DNA of 64,000 bases from positions 11,586-75,585 of the forward strand of contig JBBAWM010000004.1 of the NCBI GenBank assembly GCA_040397175.1, written 5' to 3'. The notes below the pieces were generated by a model. The model saw only the letters and a program-made list of their open reading frames with translations, searched no databases and had not been told where the DNA came from. Positions 18,525-28,583 of the stretch are shown piece after piece. Made by a program: the position numbers and the translations under genes. The DNA is from Candidatus Limnocylindrus sp. (lineage in GTDB: Bacteria; Chloroflexota; Limnocylindria; Limnocylindrales; Limnocylindraceae). Position 1 is the first letter of the stretch; each line of letters begins with the position of its first letter.

Positions 18525-18995
18525 TTAGCCGATATCGTTGGCGTGCGGTTTCTCGTCGCTCGCGGTTGGCCATGCCCCAGTGGGAAGTTCGATCTGCACA
18601 TACTGTTCACCGCGATACTCGAGCCAGCTTTTTACGGGCGCTGCATCTGGAATCTGGGTGCCTGCCTGGTACTCAATCTCGACAGCGTCGGCGCCTGAGC
18701 GCAACATGTAGCGCAGGTTCCCCGGCTCACTCAGGTCAAACTCGATGCTCTCGAAGGCATCGACATTGATGGTGATGGTCAGCGGTGTGAAGATCGACGA
18801 GATCTCCGGATCGTCGCCCAAGACCTCCTCGACCCAGCCGTGGCCGCGCACGATCTGCTCTCCATCGCGGAGGTGGCGGTAGGAGACCGTCTGGTGCAGG
18901 AGGGGGCGGAGGATATTCGCCTTATCGGCGCGCTGCACGACAAGGCCTCGATTAACGAAGAGGCCGGGGGCGCGGTCGTGCTGCTCGTGATCCAT
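18525..18995 (-). CDS. Hypothetical protein
   Basis: 156-aa ORF filling the gap upstream of ndk; TAGGCT -10-like box upstream. Confidence 0.7.
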   Translation of the reverse strand: MDHEQHDRAPGLFVNRGLVVQRADKANILRPLLHQTVSYRHLRDGEQIVRGHGWVEEVLGDDPEISSIFTPLTITINVDAFESIEFDLSEPGNLRYMLRSGADAVEIEYQAGTQIPDAAPVKSWLEYRGEQYVQIELPTGAWPTASDEKPHANDIG

Positions 18996-19061
18996 GAGGG
19001 TGAGAGCCTACCGCAGAGCGGCTCCCCGCCGCGCCCACGCCGCCCGCCCTATCATTGAGCG

Positions 19062-19865
19062 GTGCGCTACGCCGTTGATCTCGGGAATAGTGCGGCGAAG
19101 GCCGCCCCGCTTGACGGCGCCGTGGTGCGCCTCCCCGCCCCGACCGATCCCCGCGACTCCGTCGCCTGGGGCGGTGTCGCCGCCGAGCTGATCGCTACGA
19201 TTCGGGCCGATGCACAGCGCACGGGCGAAGCGGCAACCCTTCGCGTGGCGAGCGTGGTGCCAGCCGGCGCCGAGGCGCTCAAAGCGGTGGCGAAGAGCGC
19301 CGATCTCTCCATTGAGTTCGTGAGCCTGGACGATGTTCCGCTCGAGTTGACCCTCGCCCCACCAGCCCAGATCGGCATTGATCGACTCCTTGCCGCCTGG
19401 CTCGCTTATACCGAGTACGGCGCGCCACGCGGTCGCGGAGCGATCGCGGTGACGCTCGGCACGGCGCTCACCCTCACCTGTGTCGATCGAAACGGCCGCC
19501 TCATTGGCGGCGCGATCACCCCCTCTCCCGTGCTCGCCTCCCGCGCCCTGGCGAGCGGTGCCGCCGCACTACCCCTTGTTGCCATCTACGACGAGAGCCC
19601 CGATCTTGCGGGGCCGATCGGCGCCAACACCGCTGATGCGCTCAGCGCCGGAATCCTTCGCGGCGCACGCGGCGCCCTCACCGCGCTGATTTCAGAGTCC
19701 ATCGCAGAGATGGCACGCCGCGATCCAGGTGCGCCAGGTCCTGCCGTGGTGCTAAGCGGCGGCGCTGCCCTCGCCGGCTGGTGCGCCACGATTGCCGCCG
19801 ATCATCGCGATGCCGAATTCGTTCTCCGTGCCATCCACGCACTCCCCGCACCGGTGCGCGCATGA
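19062..19865 (+). CDS. coaX: Type III pantothenate kinase
   Basis: VDLGNS, GIDR, LGTALT and GGAI motifs. Confidence 0.9.
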   Translation: MRYAVDLGNSAAKAAPLDGAVVRLPAPTDPRDSVAWGGVAAELIATIRADAQRTGEAATLRVASVVPAGAEALKAVAKSADLSIEFVSLDDVPLELTLAPPAQIGIDRLLAAWLAYTEYGAPRGRGAIAVTLGTALTLTCVDRNGRLIGGAITPSPVLASRALASGAAALPLVAIYDESPDLAGPIGANTADALSAGILRGARGALTALISESIAEMARRDPGAPGPAVVLSGGAALAGWCATIAADHRDAEFVLRAIHALPAPVRA

Positions 19866-21166
19866 GTAAGCGCCTCTCTGGGCGACTTGTCGTCCTCGGC
19901 ATCACCGGCTCCATCGCCGCCTATAAGTCGCCCGAGATCGTGCGCGCACTGCGCGCCGAGGGTGCCGACGTGCAGGCGCTCCTCACCCCCGCCGCAACAC
20001 GATTTGTCTCGCCCCTCACCCTGCGCACCCTTACTGGACGCGCCGTTGACGCCGACCTGCTTGACCTACTCCCCGACGGTCGCATCGGCCACATCGTTGC
20101 CGCCGACTCTGCCGATGCGATGCTGATTGCACCGGCGACGGCGCAGTGGATCGGCGCCATGGCGAGCGGTCTCGCCGGCGACGTAGTGACCGCCGCCTGT
20201 CTCGCCACCACCGCACCCGTGGTCGTTGCGCCGGCGATGGATGGCGAGATGTGGGCACATGCCGCCACGCAAACAAATGCGACGCGGCTACGTGACGACT
20301 TTGGCTACACCCTTATTGCACCGGAGAGCGGCGCCCTTGCCAGTGGCGCGTCGGGCGTCGGCCGCCTCGCCGACACCGCGGCAATCATTGACGCCGTAGT
20401 TGCGGCGATTGGCGCTGCACCAATTCGCGAGCCGAACGAGAGTCGCCGTCCTCCGGCGGTCCCCGCTGGCGATCTTTCGGGTCGCCGGATCGTCGTTACC
20501 GCGGGTGGTACCGAAGAGCCGATCGATGCTGTGCGCATCTTGGCGAACCGCTCCTCTGGGCGTCAGGGGATCGCCCTTGCTGAGGCGGCACGCGATCGTG
20601 GCGCCGACGTCACCCTCATCGTCGCGCGTGTCAGCGTGCCACTCCCGGAGGGGGTCACCATCGTGCGCGCCATGAGCGTTGACGCGCTCGATGCGGCACT
20701 ACGCAGCGCGCTCCTCGCCGCACCGAACGGCAGCGCAGCGACGCCCACCGATGCGCTCATTGCCACCGCCGCCGTCTCTGATTTCCGGGTCGCAGGCGGC
20801 CCACTCACCGAGAAGCTTCGTCGCGATGGCGAGATCACCCTGCGTCTCACCCCTACCCCCGACCTTCTCGCAGGCGTGGCCAAGGCACTCGGCAAACGCG
20901 CCACGCGCCAGACGCTGCTCGTGGGCTTCTCGGCAGAGGCGAGTGCAACGCCGCGGGCACGCGAGAAGTTGCAGCAGAAGGATCTCGATCTGATCGTCGC
21001 TAACGACGTCACGGCACCCGGCATCGGCTTTGAGAGCGCCGAGAATGCCGCAGAGATCATTGGGGCCGACCACCTCGTCACCCGTGTGGGCCCAGCGCCG
21101 AAGCGGATCGTGGCCGACGCGATCCTGGACCGGGTGGCGGCACTCCTCTCCGCGCGAGTGCGTTGA
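19862..21166 (+). CDS. coaBC: Bifunctional phosphopantothenoylcysteine decarboxylase/synthetase
   Basis: LGITGSIAAYK, APAM, TAGGTEEPID, NRSSG and VGFSAE motifs. Confidence 0.95.
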   Translation: MSKRLSGRLVVLGITGSIAAYKSPEIVRALRAEGADVQALLTPAATRFVSPLTLRTLTGRAVDADLLDLLPDGRIGHIVAADSADAMLIAPATAQWIGAMASGLAGDVVTAACLATTAPVVVAPAMDGEMWAHAATQTNATRLRDDFGYTLIAPESGALASGASGVGRLADTAAIIDAVVAAIGAAPIREPNESRRPPAVPAGDLSGRRIVVTAGGTEEPIDAVRILANRSSGRQGIALAEAARDRGADVTLIVARVSVPLPEGVTIVRAMSVDALDAALRSALLAAPNGSAATPTDALIATAAVSDFRVAGGPLTEKLRRDGEITLRLTPTPDLLAGVAKALGKRATRQTLLVGFSAEASATPRAREKLQQKDLDLIVANDVTAPGIGFESAENAAEIIGADHLVTRVGPAPKRIVADAILDRVAALLSARVR

Positions 21167-22005
21167 TGGCGCGGCACACCGTTGCCGACATGCGCGCCGT
21201 ACACGCCGCTGGTGCGCACTTCGCCGCCGTCACCGCATGGGATCGCCCGACCGCTGAATTCGCCGAGGCGGCTGGCATTCATTTCATCCTGGTCGGTGAT
21301 TCCCTTGCACAGGTTGCGCTCGGCCACGAGTCGACCGTTCGCGTAGGGATGAACGAAATGTTGCACCACACCGCCGCAGTGGTGCGCTCTACGAGCAGCG
21401 CACTGGTCATTGGCGATATGCCGTTTCTTTCGTACGTTGACGCTCCAACGGCAGCTGAGAACGCTGCTCGATTCATTCGCGATGCAGGTGCTGGCGCCGT
21501 AAAGCTCGAGGGTGGCGTAGCCGTGGCTCCCGTCGTTGCGGCGTTGGTTCGCGGTGGCGTTCCCGTGATTGGGCACATTGGCTTCACGCCACAGTCGTCA
21601 CTGAACGAGAGCAAGCCACGCGCAAAGGGTCGGCTCCCCGAGGCGGCGGCGGCCTTGCTTGAAGATGCAATGGCACTGCAAGATGCTGGCGCGTCGGCGA
21701 TCGTGATCGAGCTCGTGCCTCAGGAGCTTGCCGCGGCGATCACGGGCCGTCTCACGATTCCAACTATTGGCATTGGCGCAGGTGGTGGATGCACGGGGCA
21801 GATCCAGGTGCTCCCCGATCTGCTTGGGCTCCTCGGCGCAACGGCACCACGGCACGCTGGTCGCATCACCAACCTTCGCGACGAGGCCATTGCCGCCCTC
21901 ACAACCTGGAGGACGAGTGTGGAGTCGGGAGACTTCCCCACGGCAGCGCAAGGGATCGCCGCTGACGCGACGCTCATTGCCGCACTCAACGAGCTCCCGC
22001 GTTAG
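21166..22005 (+). CDS. panB: 3-methyl-2-oxobutanoate hydroxymethyltransferase
   Basis: LVGDSL, DMPFLSY, KLEGG and GHIGFTPQ motifs. Confidence 0.95.
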   Translation: MARHTVADMRAVHAAGAHFAAVTAWDRPTAEFAEAAGIHFILVGDSLAQVALGHESTVRVGMNEMLHHTAAVVRSTSSALVIGDMPFLSYVDAPTAAENAARFIRDAGAGAVKLEGGVAVAPVVAALVRGGVPVIGHIGFTPQSSLNESKPRAKGRLPEAAAALLEDAMALQDAGASAIVIELVPQELAAAITGRLTIPTIGIGAGGGCTGQIQVLPDLLGLLGATAPRHAGRITNLRDEAIAALTTWRTSVESGDFPTAAQGIAADATLIAALNELPR

Positions 22006-22020
22006 CGCAGCCACCACGCG

Positions 22021-22881
22021 ATGCGCACCGTAACTACCCGTGTCGAACTCGACGAAGCGCTCGCCACGCTCGCTCGCCCCATTGCGCTGGTACCCACGAT
22101 GGGCGCGCTCCACGCCGGCCATACCGCCCTGATCGCCGCCGCACGCCGCACCGCTGCGAGCGTGGTCGTCTCGATCTTCGTCAATCCGCGACAATTTGCG
22201 ACCGCCACAGAGGTCGCCCAATATCCACGCACGCTGCACGCCGACGAACAACTTGCGGCGGCAGCTGGTGCCGACCTCATCTTCGCCCCCGATGCGAACG
22301 AGATCTACCCGCCCGATGCACCCCCCGTGAACCTCGAACCTGGGCCACTCGCCACTCGGCTCGAGGGTGCGTCACGCCCCGGTCACTTCGCTGGCGTTGC
22401 GACGGTGGTCTCGCGGCTCTTTGACCTAGTGCGCCCAGAGCACGCGTTCTTTGGTGAAAAGGATGCGCAACAGGTGCGCGTCGTCGAATGGCTGGCTGCG
22501 CAGCGCAGGGATCAGATCTCGATTCACCGCGTCGCCACGGTGCGAGCCAGCGATGGCTTGGCGCTGAGCTCCCGCAATCAGAGGCTCACAGCTGAGGGGC
22601 GAACCGCCGCCGCATCGACGATCCCCGTCGCCCTCTCACTCATCGCCGAGGCGTACGCGTCGGGCGTCACGCACGTTGCGATGTTGCGGGCACTCGCAGA
22701 GCGCGTCCTCGCCACCGATCGACATGTGGCACTCGACTATCTCGATATTGCCGACAGCGCAACGCTCGTGCCGCTGGTGGAGTCCGGGCAGGTTGGTGAC
22801 GCCACATCGAGCGAGGTGCTGGTCTCTCTCGCCGCCGTAGTTGACGGGGTGCGCCTGATTGACGCGATCACGCTCCCGTAG
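22021..22881 (+). CDS. panC: Pantoate--beta-alanine ligase
   Basis: VPTMGALHAGH, SIFVNP.QF, FGEKD and LALSSRN motifs. Confidence 0.95.
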   Translation: MRTVTTRVELDEALATLARPIALVPTMGALHAGHTALIAAARRTAASVVVSIFVNPRQFATATEVAQYPRTLHADEQLAAAAGADLIFAPDANEIYPPDAPPVNLEPGPLATRLEGASRPGHFAGVATVVSRLFDLVRPEHAFFGEKDAQQVRVVEWLAAQRRDQISIHRVATVRASDGLALSSRNQRLTAEGRTAAASTIPVALSLIAEAYASGVTHVAMLRALAERVLATDRHVALDYLDIADSATLVPLVESGQVGDATSSEVLVSLAAVVDGVRLIDAITLP

Positions 22882-22890
22882 GAGTGTCGA

Positions 22891-24015
22891 TTAGCGCGTC
22901 GGAATTGGCCGCGCCGCGGCGAGGATGCGCTCCACGTCGAGTGATCCGGCGACAAGCTGCTTGATCTCTTCGACTTTTCGTACGTCTTCGGCATGTGTCT
23001 TCACCAATAGGTCGTGCACGATTGAGGCGACGCTGTAGGTATCGCCCTCCATCAACACCGCAAAGATGTTCGCCGATCGAATCATCTCGAGGACCCGCGC
23101 GCTGGGCCGATAGCCACCGCTCAGCACGAAGCCGAGTGGTCGGTTCGGGTGCTCCAGACCGTCGAGCCAGAGGTTGGTGAGTACCTCGATCACATCCTCA
23201 CGGTCGCCAGGGACCACCACCAGCGCGCTCTCCCCAATGCGCTGCATGACATGTTCGGGCTGCATTGCAGCAACAGAGACCCGCCCAATGATCGCGTCCA
23301 TGTCTCGACCCGGCCAGAGGGTTTCGCCTTGCAACCCATCTTCGATGATTGCAAGTGTCGGGTTCGAGAGAATCTGGCGATACGGCAGCACACCGAGCAG
23401 CGGTATCCCATGGCGCTCGAGTCCCTTTTCGAGGAGGCGCGGCAGCTCTGGCTGCAGGTCAAGATCGACCTTGTTCACGATCGCCCCCGCAACCTCAACG
23501 CCACGTGCAGCAAAGAGCGCAGCGTTCAAGACGATCTCGTCGATTGGCCGCCCGATGCCGCCCTCGCTCACGATGATCACCGGCGCGCCAAGGAGTGCGG
23601 CGACGTCGGCATTGCTCAAGCCAATCACCGCGCCAACACCCGCATGTCCGGTCCCCTCAAGGAGCAGGAGTTCGTGCCTCTGGGCGAGCTCTACCTGCGC
23701 AGCGATGATCTTGGCGCCAAGGTCTTCCACCACCTGCCCCTCAATCACCTTGCGCGTGAAACCGCGCGGTATCTGCACGGGAGAGAGGAGGGCAACCGCA
23801 TCGGTCAGGCCAAATACGCCACGCATGAGGGCGGCGTCCTCGTCGGCTGGAGTGTCGTCGATGGTGATCCACCGCTGGCCGACTGGTTTCATGAAGCCCG
23901 CATTCAGGCCCTGCGCGCGGAAGGCGGCAAAGAGGCCGAGTGAGGTGGTGGTCTTGCCGCGATTTTGCCCCGTCGCGGCTAGGAAGAGCTGCCGTGCGCC
24001 CGCGGCGCCGGTCAT
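22891..24015 (-). CDS. BioD-like/DRTGG protein (resembles the phosphotransacetylase N-terminus)
   Basis: ATGQNRGKTT, FMKPVGQ, EGTGH, PGDRED and LSGG; no Pta catalytic C-terminal domain. Confidence 0.8.
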   Translation of the reverse strand: MTGAAGARQLFLAATGQNRGKTTTSLGLFAAFRAQGLNAGFMKPVGQRWITIDDTPADEDAALMRGVFGLTDAVALLSPVQIPRGFTRKVIEGQVVEDLGAKIIAAQVELAQRHELLLLEGTGHAGVGAVIGLSNADVAALLGAPVIIVSEGGIGRPIDEIVLNAALFAARGVEVAGAIVNKVDLDLQPELPRLLEKGLERHGIPLLGVLPYRQILSNPTLAIIEDGLQGETLWPGRDMDAIIGRVSVAAMQPEHVMQRIGESALVVVPGDREDVIEVLTNLWLDGLEHPNRPLGFVLSGGYRPSARVLEMIRSANIFAVLMEGDTYSVASIVHDLLVKTHAEDVRKVEEIKQLVAGSLDVERILAAARPIPTR

Positions 24016-24019
24016 CTAG

Positions 24020-24637
24020 TTATGCCTCGTCGCGCGGCGCGGTGCGACGCTCGATCAGGTCAACCGCCTCTTTCAGGCGCATCACCGAATCCTGGTCGAC
24101 ATCCTCGCGGCTGATGTGGGTGCCCAACTTGTCGAGCACTTCGGCGGCAACCTCTAGGAAGACGTTCGCATCGGCGATGAAGAACTCGGACTCGTTGCTG
24201 TATCGCACAAAGGTGAGTCGCCCTTGCAGCGTGCGCCGGTCGTCGGCGTGGGCCACCTGCGTGGTGAAGTTGTGCCCCTGAATGCCGTCAGGGTTGGAGA
24301 GGAAGCTCAGCGCGTTATCAATCGCCAAGCCGAAGCGGGCGCGCCAACCGGCGAGCCGATCGATCACTTCGGCCGGGAGTCGTAGCTCCGTCACCTCGTC
24401 GAAGACCTCGGGGGCAGCGGTAAGCGCCGTCACCAGGGTCGAGCCCTGGCGCTGGCCGAGCATCGCTTGCAGCGAGCGCTCCAACGTGACCACCTCCGCG
24501 TCGAAGTGACTCGAGGTGATCAGGTCAACGAGCAGGTCTTCGACGCTGTCGAGCGCCGCACCCTCGGTGAGCGCGGCGGCAAGCGCGAGGATCTCCTCGC
24601 GAAAGAGAAAGCGCTCTTCGTGGTCTAGGCCAGCCAT
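24020..24637 (-). CDS. Hypothetical protein
   Basis: 205-aa ORF in an operon-like run; TAGGAT 6 nt before ATG. Confidence 0.75.
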   Translation of the reverse strand: MAGLDHEERFLFREEILALAAALTEGAALDSVEDLLVDLITSSHFDAEVVTLERSLQAMLGQRQGSTLVTALTAAPEVFDEVTELRLPAEVIDRLAGWRARFGLAIDNALSFLSNPDGIQGHNFTTQVAHADDRRTLQGRLTFVRYSNESEFFIADANVFLEVAAEVLDKLGTHISREDVDQDSVMRLKEAVDLIERRTAPRDEA

Positions 24638-24662
24638 GTGCGCATCCTAGCGCGCAAGGGGT

Positions 24663-25913
24663 TTACGGGTAGATACCCCGCACCGTCATGGCATCGGCGA
24701 CACGCTGCACCGAGAGGAGGTACGCACCTGTGCGCAGGTGGCTCTTCTCCTTCTGGGCCATGTCGTAGACCTCGTGGAAGGCGCGGACCATCTTCTTCTC
24801 GAGGCGAACGTTGACCTCGTCCTCTTCCCAGAAGTCGCGGTTCAGGTCCTGCACCCATTCAAAGTAGCTCACCGTCACACCGCCTGCGTTGCAGAGGATG
24901 TCTGGGATCACCATGGCGCCGTTCGCAAAGAGAATGTCGTCCGCCTCTGGGGTCGTTGGCCCGTTGGCCGCCTCAGCAACGATCTTCGTCTTGATCTTGC
25001 CCGCATTCTCCGCGGTGATCTGATTCTCCAGTGCTGCTGGAATGAGCACGTCGCAGGCGATCTCCAGGATTGCCTGGTTGCTCACCGGCGTTGCGCCAGC
25101 GAAGCCGACAACGCTGCCAGTCTTCTTCTTGTGCGCATCCACCGCAGTCAGATCAAGTCCGGCTGGGTTGTGGATGCCGCCGCTGCTGTCGGAAACGGCG
25201 ATCACCTTCGAGCCGAGTTCGCTGATCAGTCGCGCCGCAATGGATCCGGCGTTGCCGTACCCCTGCACCACGACGGTTGCGCCCTTCAGGTTGAGGTTGA
25301 TCTTGCCGGCCGCTTCACGAATGCAGAAGACTGCACCGCGCGCCGTCGCCTCATTGCGGCCCTTTGAGCCACCCAGCGCAATCGGCTTACCGGTGACCAC
25401 ACCAGGAACGGTGTAGCCAACATGCATCGAATAGGTGTCCATCATCCAGGCCATCGTCTGGCTATTGGTGTTCACGTCTGGGGCAGGAATGTCGGACTCT
25501 GGCCCAATGATGACGGCGATTTCGGTCGTGAAGCGGCGCGTGAGACGCTCCAGCTCGCCGAGCGACAACTTCTTCGGGTCAACCGTGACGCCGCCCTTGC
25601 CGCCACCGTAGGGGAGATCCATCACGGCGCACTTCCACGACATCCACATGGAGAGGGCCTTCACCTCTTCGATATTCACATCCTGGTGGAAGCGGATGCC
25701 ACCCTTCGCTGGTCCACGTCCAAGGTTGTGCTGCACGCGGTGTCCCTCAAAGACTCGGGTGGTGCCGTCATCCATGCGCACGGGGAAGTGCACGGTGAGC
25801 TGTCGTCGTGGCTCGCGCAACACGGCGGCGATGCCCGAATCAAGGCTGAGCCGCTTGGCGGCAAGGTCAAACTGCTGCTGAGCAACTGCCCATGCGCTCT
25901 TCTGTGCACTCAT
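24663..25913 (-). CDS. gdhA: Glu/Leu/Phe/Val dehydrogenase (glutamate dehydrogenase type)
   Basis: KGGIRF, PYGGGKGG, PAPDVNT, QGYGNAG and NAGGVTVSYFEW motifs. Confidence 0.93.
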   Translation of the reverse strand: MSAQKSAWAVAQQQFDLAAKRLSLDSGIAAVLREPRRQLTVHFPVRMDDGTTRVFEGHRVQHNLGRGPAKGGIRFHQDVNIEEVKALSMWMSWKCAVMDLPYGGGKGGVTVDPKKLSLGELERLTRRFTTEIAVIIGPESDIPAPDVNTNSQTMAWMMDTYSMHVGYTVPGVVTGKPIALGGSKGRNEATARGAVFCIREAAGKINLNLKGATVVVQGYGNAGSIAARLISELGSKVIAVSDSSGGIHNPAGLDLTAVDAHKKKTGSVVGFAGATPVSNQAILEIACDVLIPAALENQITAENAGKIKTKIVAEAANGPTTPEADDILFANGAMVIPDILCNAGGVTVSYFEWVQDLNRDFWEEDEVNVRLEKKMVRAFHEVYDMAQKEKSHLRTGAYLLSVQRVADAMTVRGIYP

Positions 25914-26054
25914 CGTTCGCACCTCTACTCTGCCGCCCTGGCGGGTGCCTGGCGGCCGCCGTGTGGCGATCGCCCCAAGGCTACAACGCGCCCCAGAATG
26001 GTGTCGCCCCAGGTTGCGTCGTGCTGCCGCCCGTGCGAGGGCGGCGTGGGGTGG

Positions 26055-26909
26055 CTAGGCGCGGATCAGCGCGACGCCGAGCCCCTTCGGGCCGGTGTGT
26101 GGGCCAATCGCGGCCCCAGCGCGAACGATCCCTGGCTTCAGCGCGGCAACCTCTGGGAAGCGTGCGCAGAGCTCGTCGCGGAACTCCTCAATGTCGGGTG
26201 CCTCCGCATGCAGCATCGTCAACTCTTGGATCGGCGATCCCCCGATGATCTCCATGAACTTCTCGCGGGCCTTCGATGAGGTGCGCGGCTTATCAAGGGT
26301 CACCACCTCGCCATCAATGATGTCGATGATCGGCTTCACGGAGAGAAGCCCACCGATCGCGGCGCGCGCAGGACTAATGCGGCCGCCGGCCTTCAGGTAG
26401 TCCAGTGAGTCGAGGAAGAAGATCACGTGCGTCTTCGGGATCAACTCGCCAAGTTCGGCAACGATCTGCGGCGCCTTCCAGCCTTCGGCGGCGCGGTGAT
26501 AGGCGCGGGCAACAAGCAGCCCTTCAGCCGCCGACGCCGTTGCGGTGTCGACGAGGTGAATGCTCTTCGACTGTGGGTGATCTGCGGAAGCAATCTCGGC
26601 GTTTCGGAAGGTGGCCGAAAGCTTTGACGCCACGTGCACCGAGACAATCTCTTCGGCGCCACCAGCAAAGGCACGGTCGTACGCTGCGGTGAATGCTGCG
26701 GGGGCCGGCGCCGCAGTCTTGGGGAACGGTGCCCCTGGCGCGGTGAGTCGCTTCCAGAACTCATCCATGGAGAGCTCCTCGTTGACCTTGAAGCTCTCCG
26801 AGCCAAAGGTGACGATGATCGGCACGATGGTAATGCCGAGGCGCTTTGCCGCATCAGGTGGAATGTCTGAGGCGCTATCGGTAATGATCGCAACCTTTGG
26901 TGCCGTCAT
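26055..26909 (-). CDS. DegV family fatty-acid-binding protein
   Basis: IITDSASDI, KLSAT, LKAGGRI and IGPHTGP motifs. Confidence 0.93.
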   Translation of the reverse strand: MTAPKVAIITDSASDIPPDAAKRLGITIVPIIVTFGSESFKVNEELSMDEFWKRLTAPGAPFPKTAAPAPAAFTAAYDRAFAGGAEEIVSVHVASKLSATFRNAEIASADHPQSKSIHLVDTATASAAEGLLVARAYHRAAEGWKAPQIVAELGELIPKTHVIFFLDSLDYLKAGGRISPARAAIGGLLSVKPIIDIIDGEVVTLDKPRTSSKAREKFMEIIGGSPIQELTMLHAEAPDIEEFRDELCARFPEVAALKPGIVRAGAAIGPHTGPKGLGVALIRA

Positions 26910-26974
26910 TCTGTACTCCCTCCAAACATGTTGCGCACGCGCGCTACCCGTACCTCCGATTCTATCGGCGCCGA

Positions 26975-28258
26975 TCAGCCGTGCGCGCCGTGTTGCCCAG
27001 GCGCACTTGGGAGGAGGATTTCGTGCTCAACTCGGCGAAGGACCAGGAGGAACGTCCCGGCGATGACCAAGAAACCGAAGGTGGCATAGACCAGTCCGTC
27101 AACCCCATAGGCTGTCGCTAGGTCGCCCGCAACCTTGACGCCAATCACCTGGCCAAGGCCCAAGAAGATCGAGTAGAGACCCATGACTGCGCTTCGGTCG
27201 GTGTGATAGCGCTCCGAGACGTCGGCCAAGAAGCCCAACGCAGCAGGTGTTGCGCCAGCAATGAAGAACATCGAACCGCAGAGCAGGGTGAAGAGCAGGG
27301 CGATGAGTGGGAGGTCGGCGCCACTGAGTCGATTCATCATGAAGACCGCTGACATGGCCACCACGAAGGCGATGAGCCCCAGGAGGAGCATCGTTGTTCG
27401 GCGGAAGTTCGCGAAGCGATTCCCCCAGAAGAAGAGACCAACGCCGCCAATCAGCGCCACGAAGGCGAAGGCGGAGGTGATCACGGTGAAGGGGAAACCG
27501 CTCATGAGGAACTGCCCACGCGCCTCGACCCCAGTGTCTCCGAGGAGGAGGTTGAGCCCCTGGGGCACCCAGACGCCAATGATGGCGTTGATCGAAACCC
27601 ACGTCGGCACGAAGAGGAGAATCCCTCGTTGACTGAAGAGCTTCAGGTACTTATGCAGTCGGTTCTCGGTGGTGTGCGATGGGCGCTCGTGTTCATCTTT
27701 GACTCCATACGCGAAGAGGGCGAGCGAGAGCAGGTAGATGCCCCCGTTGACGGCGAATGCGCCAACGGCAAAGAAGTCCCAGAGCGGCCCAGCGAGCGCC
27801 GTTCCGGCAACCAGGAGTCCCCCAAGCGTGGCGACCTCAAAGAGGGTGACCACCCGCCCGCGAAGCTTCGCATCGTGGCTGGTCTTCGCCGCAACAAATG
27901 AGAGGATCGACGGAACGCTTGCGGCGGTTGAGGAACCCTCCAGCAGTCGTGTGCAGATCAGCAGCGGAATCGTCATCGCGAACGGCGTCAGCGTGACGGC
28001 GGCCAGGCCGAAGAGTGGGCCGAGGAGCATCACCGGCTTGCGCCCAATCCGATCGGCGATGATGCCGAAGATCGGTGAGCCGAGCAGCTCCGTCACATAG
28101 AAGGCGAGGGTGATCGTGGCCAGGTCAACGGGGGTGATGCTCACCGTTCCGGACTGATGCAAATGCTTGTTCCAGACGATCAGCAGCGCGCCGGTGGTCC
28201 CCGTTGCGGTTCGCAACGTGAGGGTGCCGAGCAGCAGGGCCTTCATTGAACCATTCAC
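26975..28258 (-). CDS. MFS transporter
   Basis: GIIADRIGRK MFS motif A and about 12 TM segments; GTG start taken 6 nt after TATGCT (ATG at 28246 is the alternative). Confidence 0.88.
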   Translation of the reverse strand: MNGSMKALLLGTLTLRTATGTTGALLIVWNKHLHQSGTVSITPVDLATITLAFYVTELLGSPIFGIIADRIGRKPVMLLGPLFGLAAVTLTPFAMTIPLLICTRLLEGSSTAASVPSILSFVAAKTSHDAKLRGRVVTLFEVATLGGLLVAGTALAGPLWDFFAVGAFAVNGGIYLLSLALFAYGVKDEHERPSHTTENRLHKYLKLFSQRGILLFVPTWVSINAIIGVWVPQGLNLLLGDTGVEARGQFLMSGFPFTVITSAFAFVALIGGVGLFFWGNRFANFRRTTMLLLGLIAFVVAMSAVFMMNRLSGADLPLIALLFTLLCGSMFFIAGATPAALGFLADVSERYHTDRSAVMGLYSIFLGLGQVIGVKVAGDLATAYGVDGLVYATFGFLVIAGTFLLVLRRVEHEILLPSAPGQHGAHG

Positions 28259-28307
28259 CCATGAAGCATACGGGTTCCCCCTGTTCGGTGGTCGGTATAC
28301 TCCGCCC

Positions 28308-28583
28308 ATGCCAACCAACGTCGCCCAGTCGTATCCCTACAAGCGCGAGAGCGAGGCGGATCGCTCCGACGCCATTGCTACGACGCTCGCCGCCCATGAA
28401 GGCCTCGCCGAGAAGCTCAGCGCCGAGGCACTCCCCTATGACGGTGCTGCGAGTGACGAGTCCTGGGCATGGCGCTGCCGCACGGTCGGATGTCCCGGCG
28501 TTCTGCACACCGCCGGCTATGCCCGCGAGAAGCACGCGATCGTGGCCCTCTGTGACGGCTGCGGCCAGATTGCGCTCCGGTAG
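28308..28583 (+). CDS. Small zinc-finger-like hypothetical protein
   Basis: CRTVGC...CDGCG; TATACT 6 nt before the ATG at 28308. Confidence 0.75.
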   Translation: MPTNVAQSYPYKRESEADRSDAIATTLAAHEGLAEKLSAEALPYDGAASDESWAWRCRTVGCPGVLHTAGYAREKHAIVALCDGCGQIALR

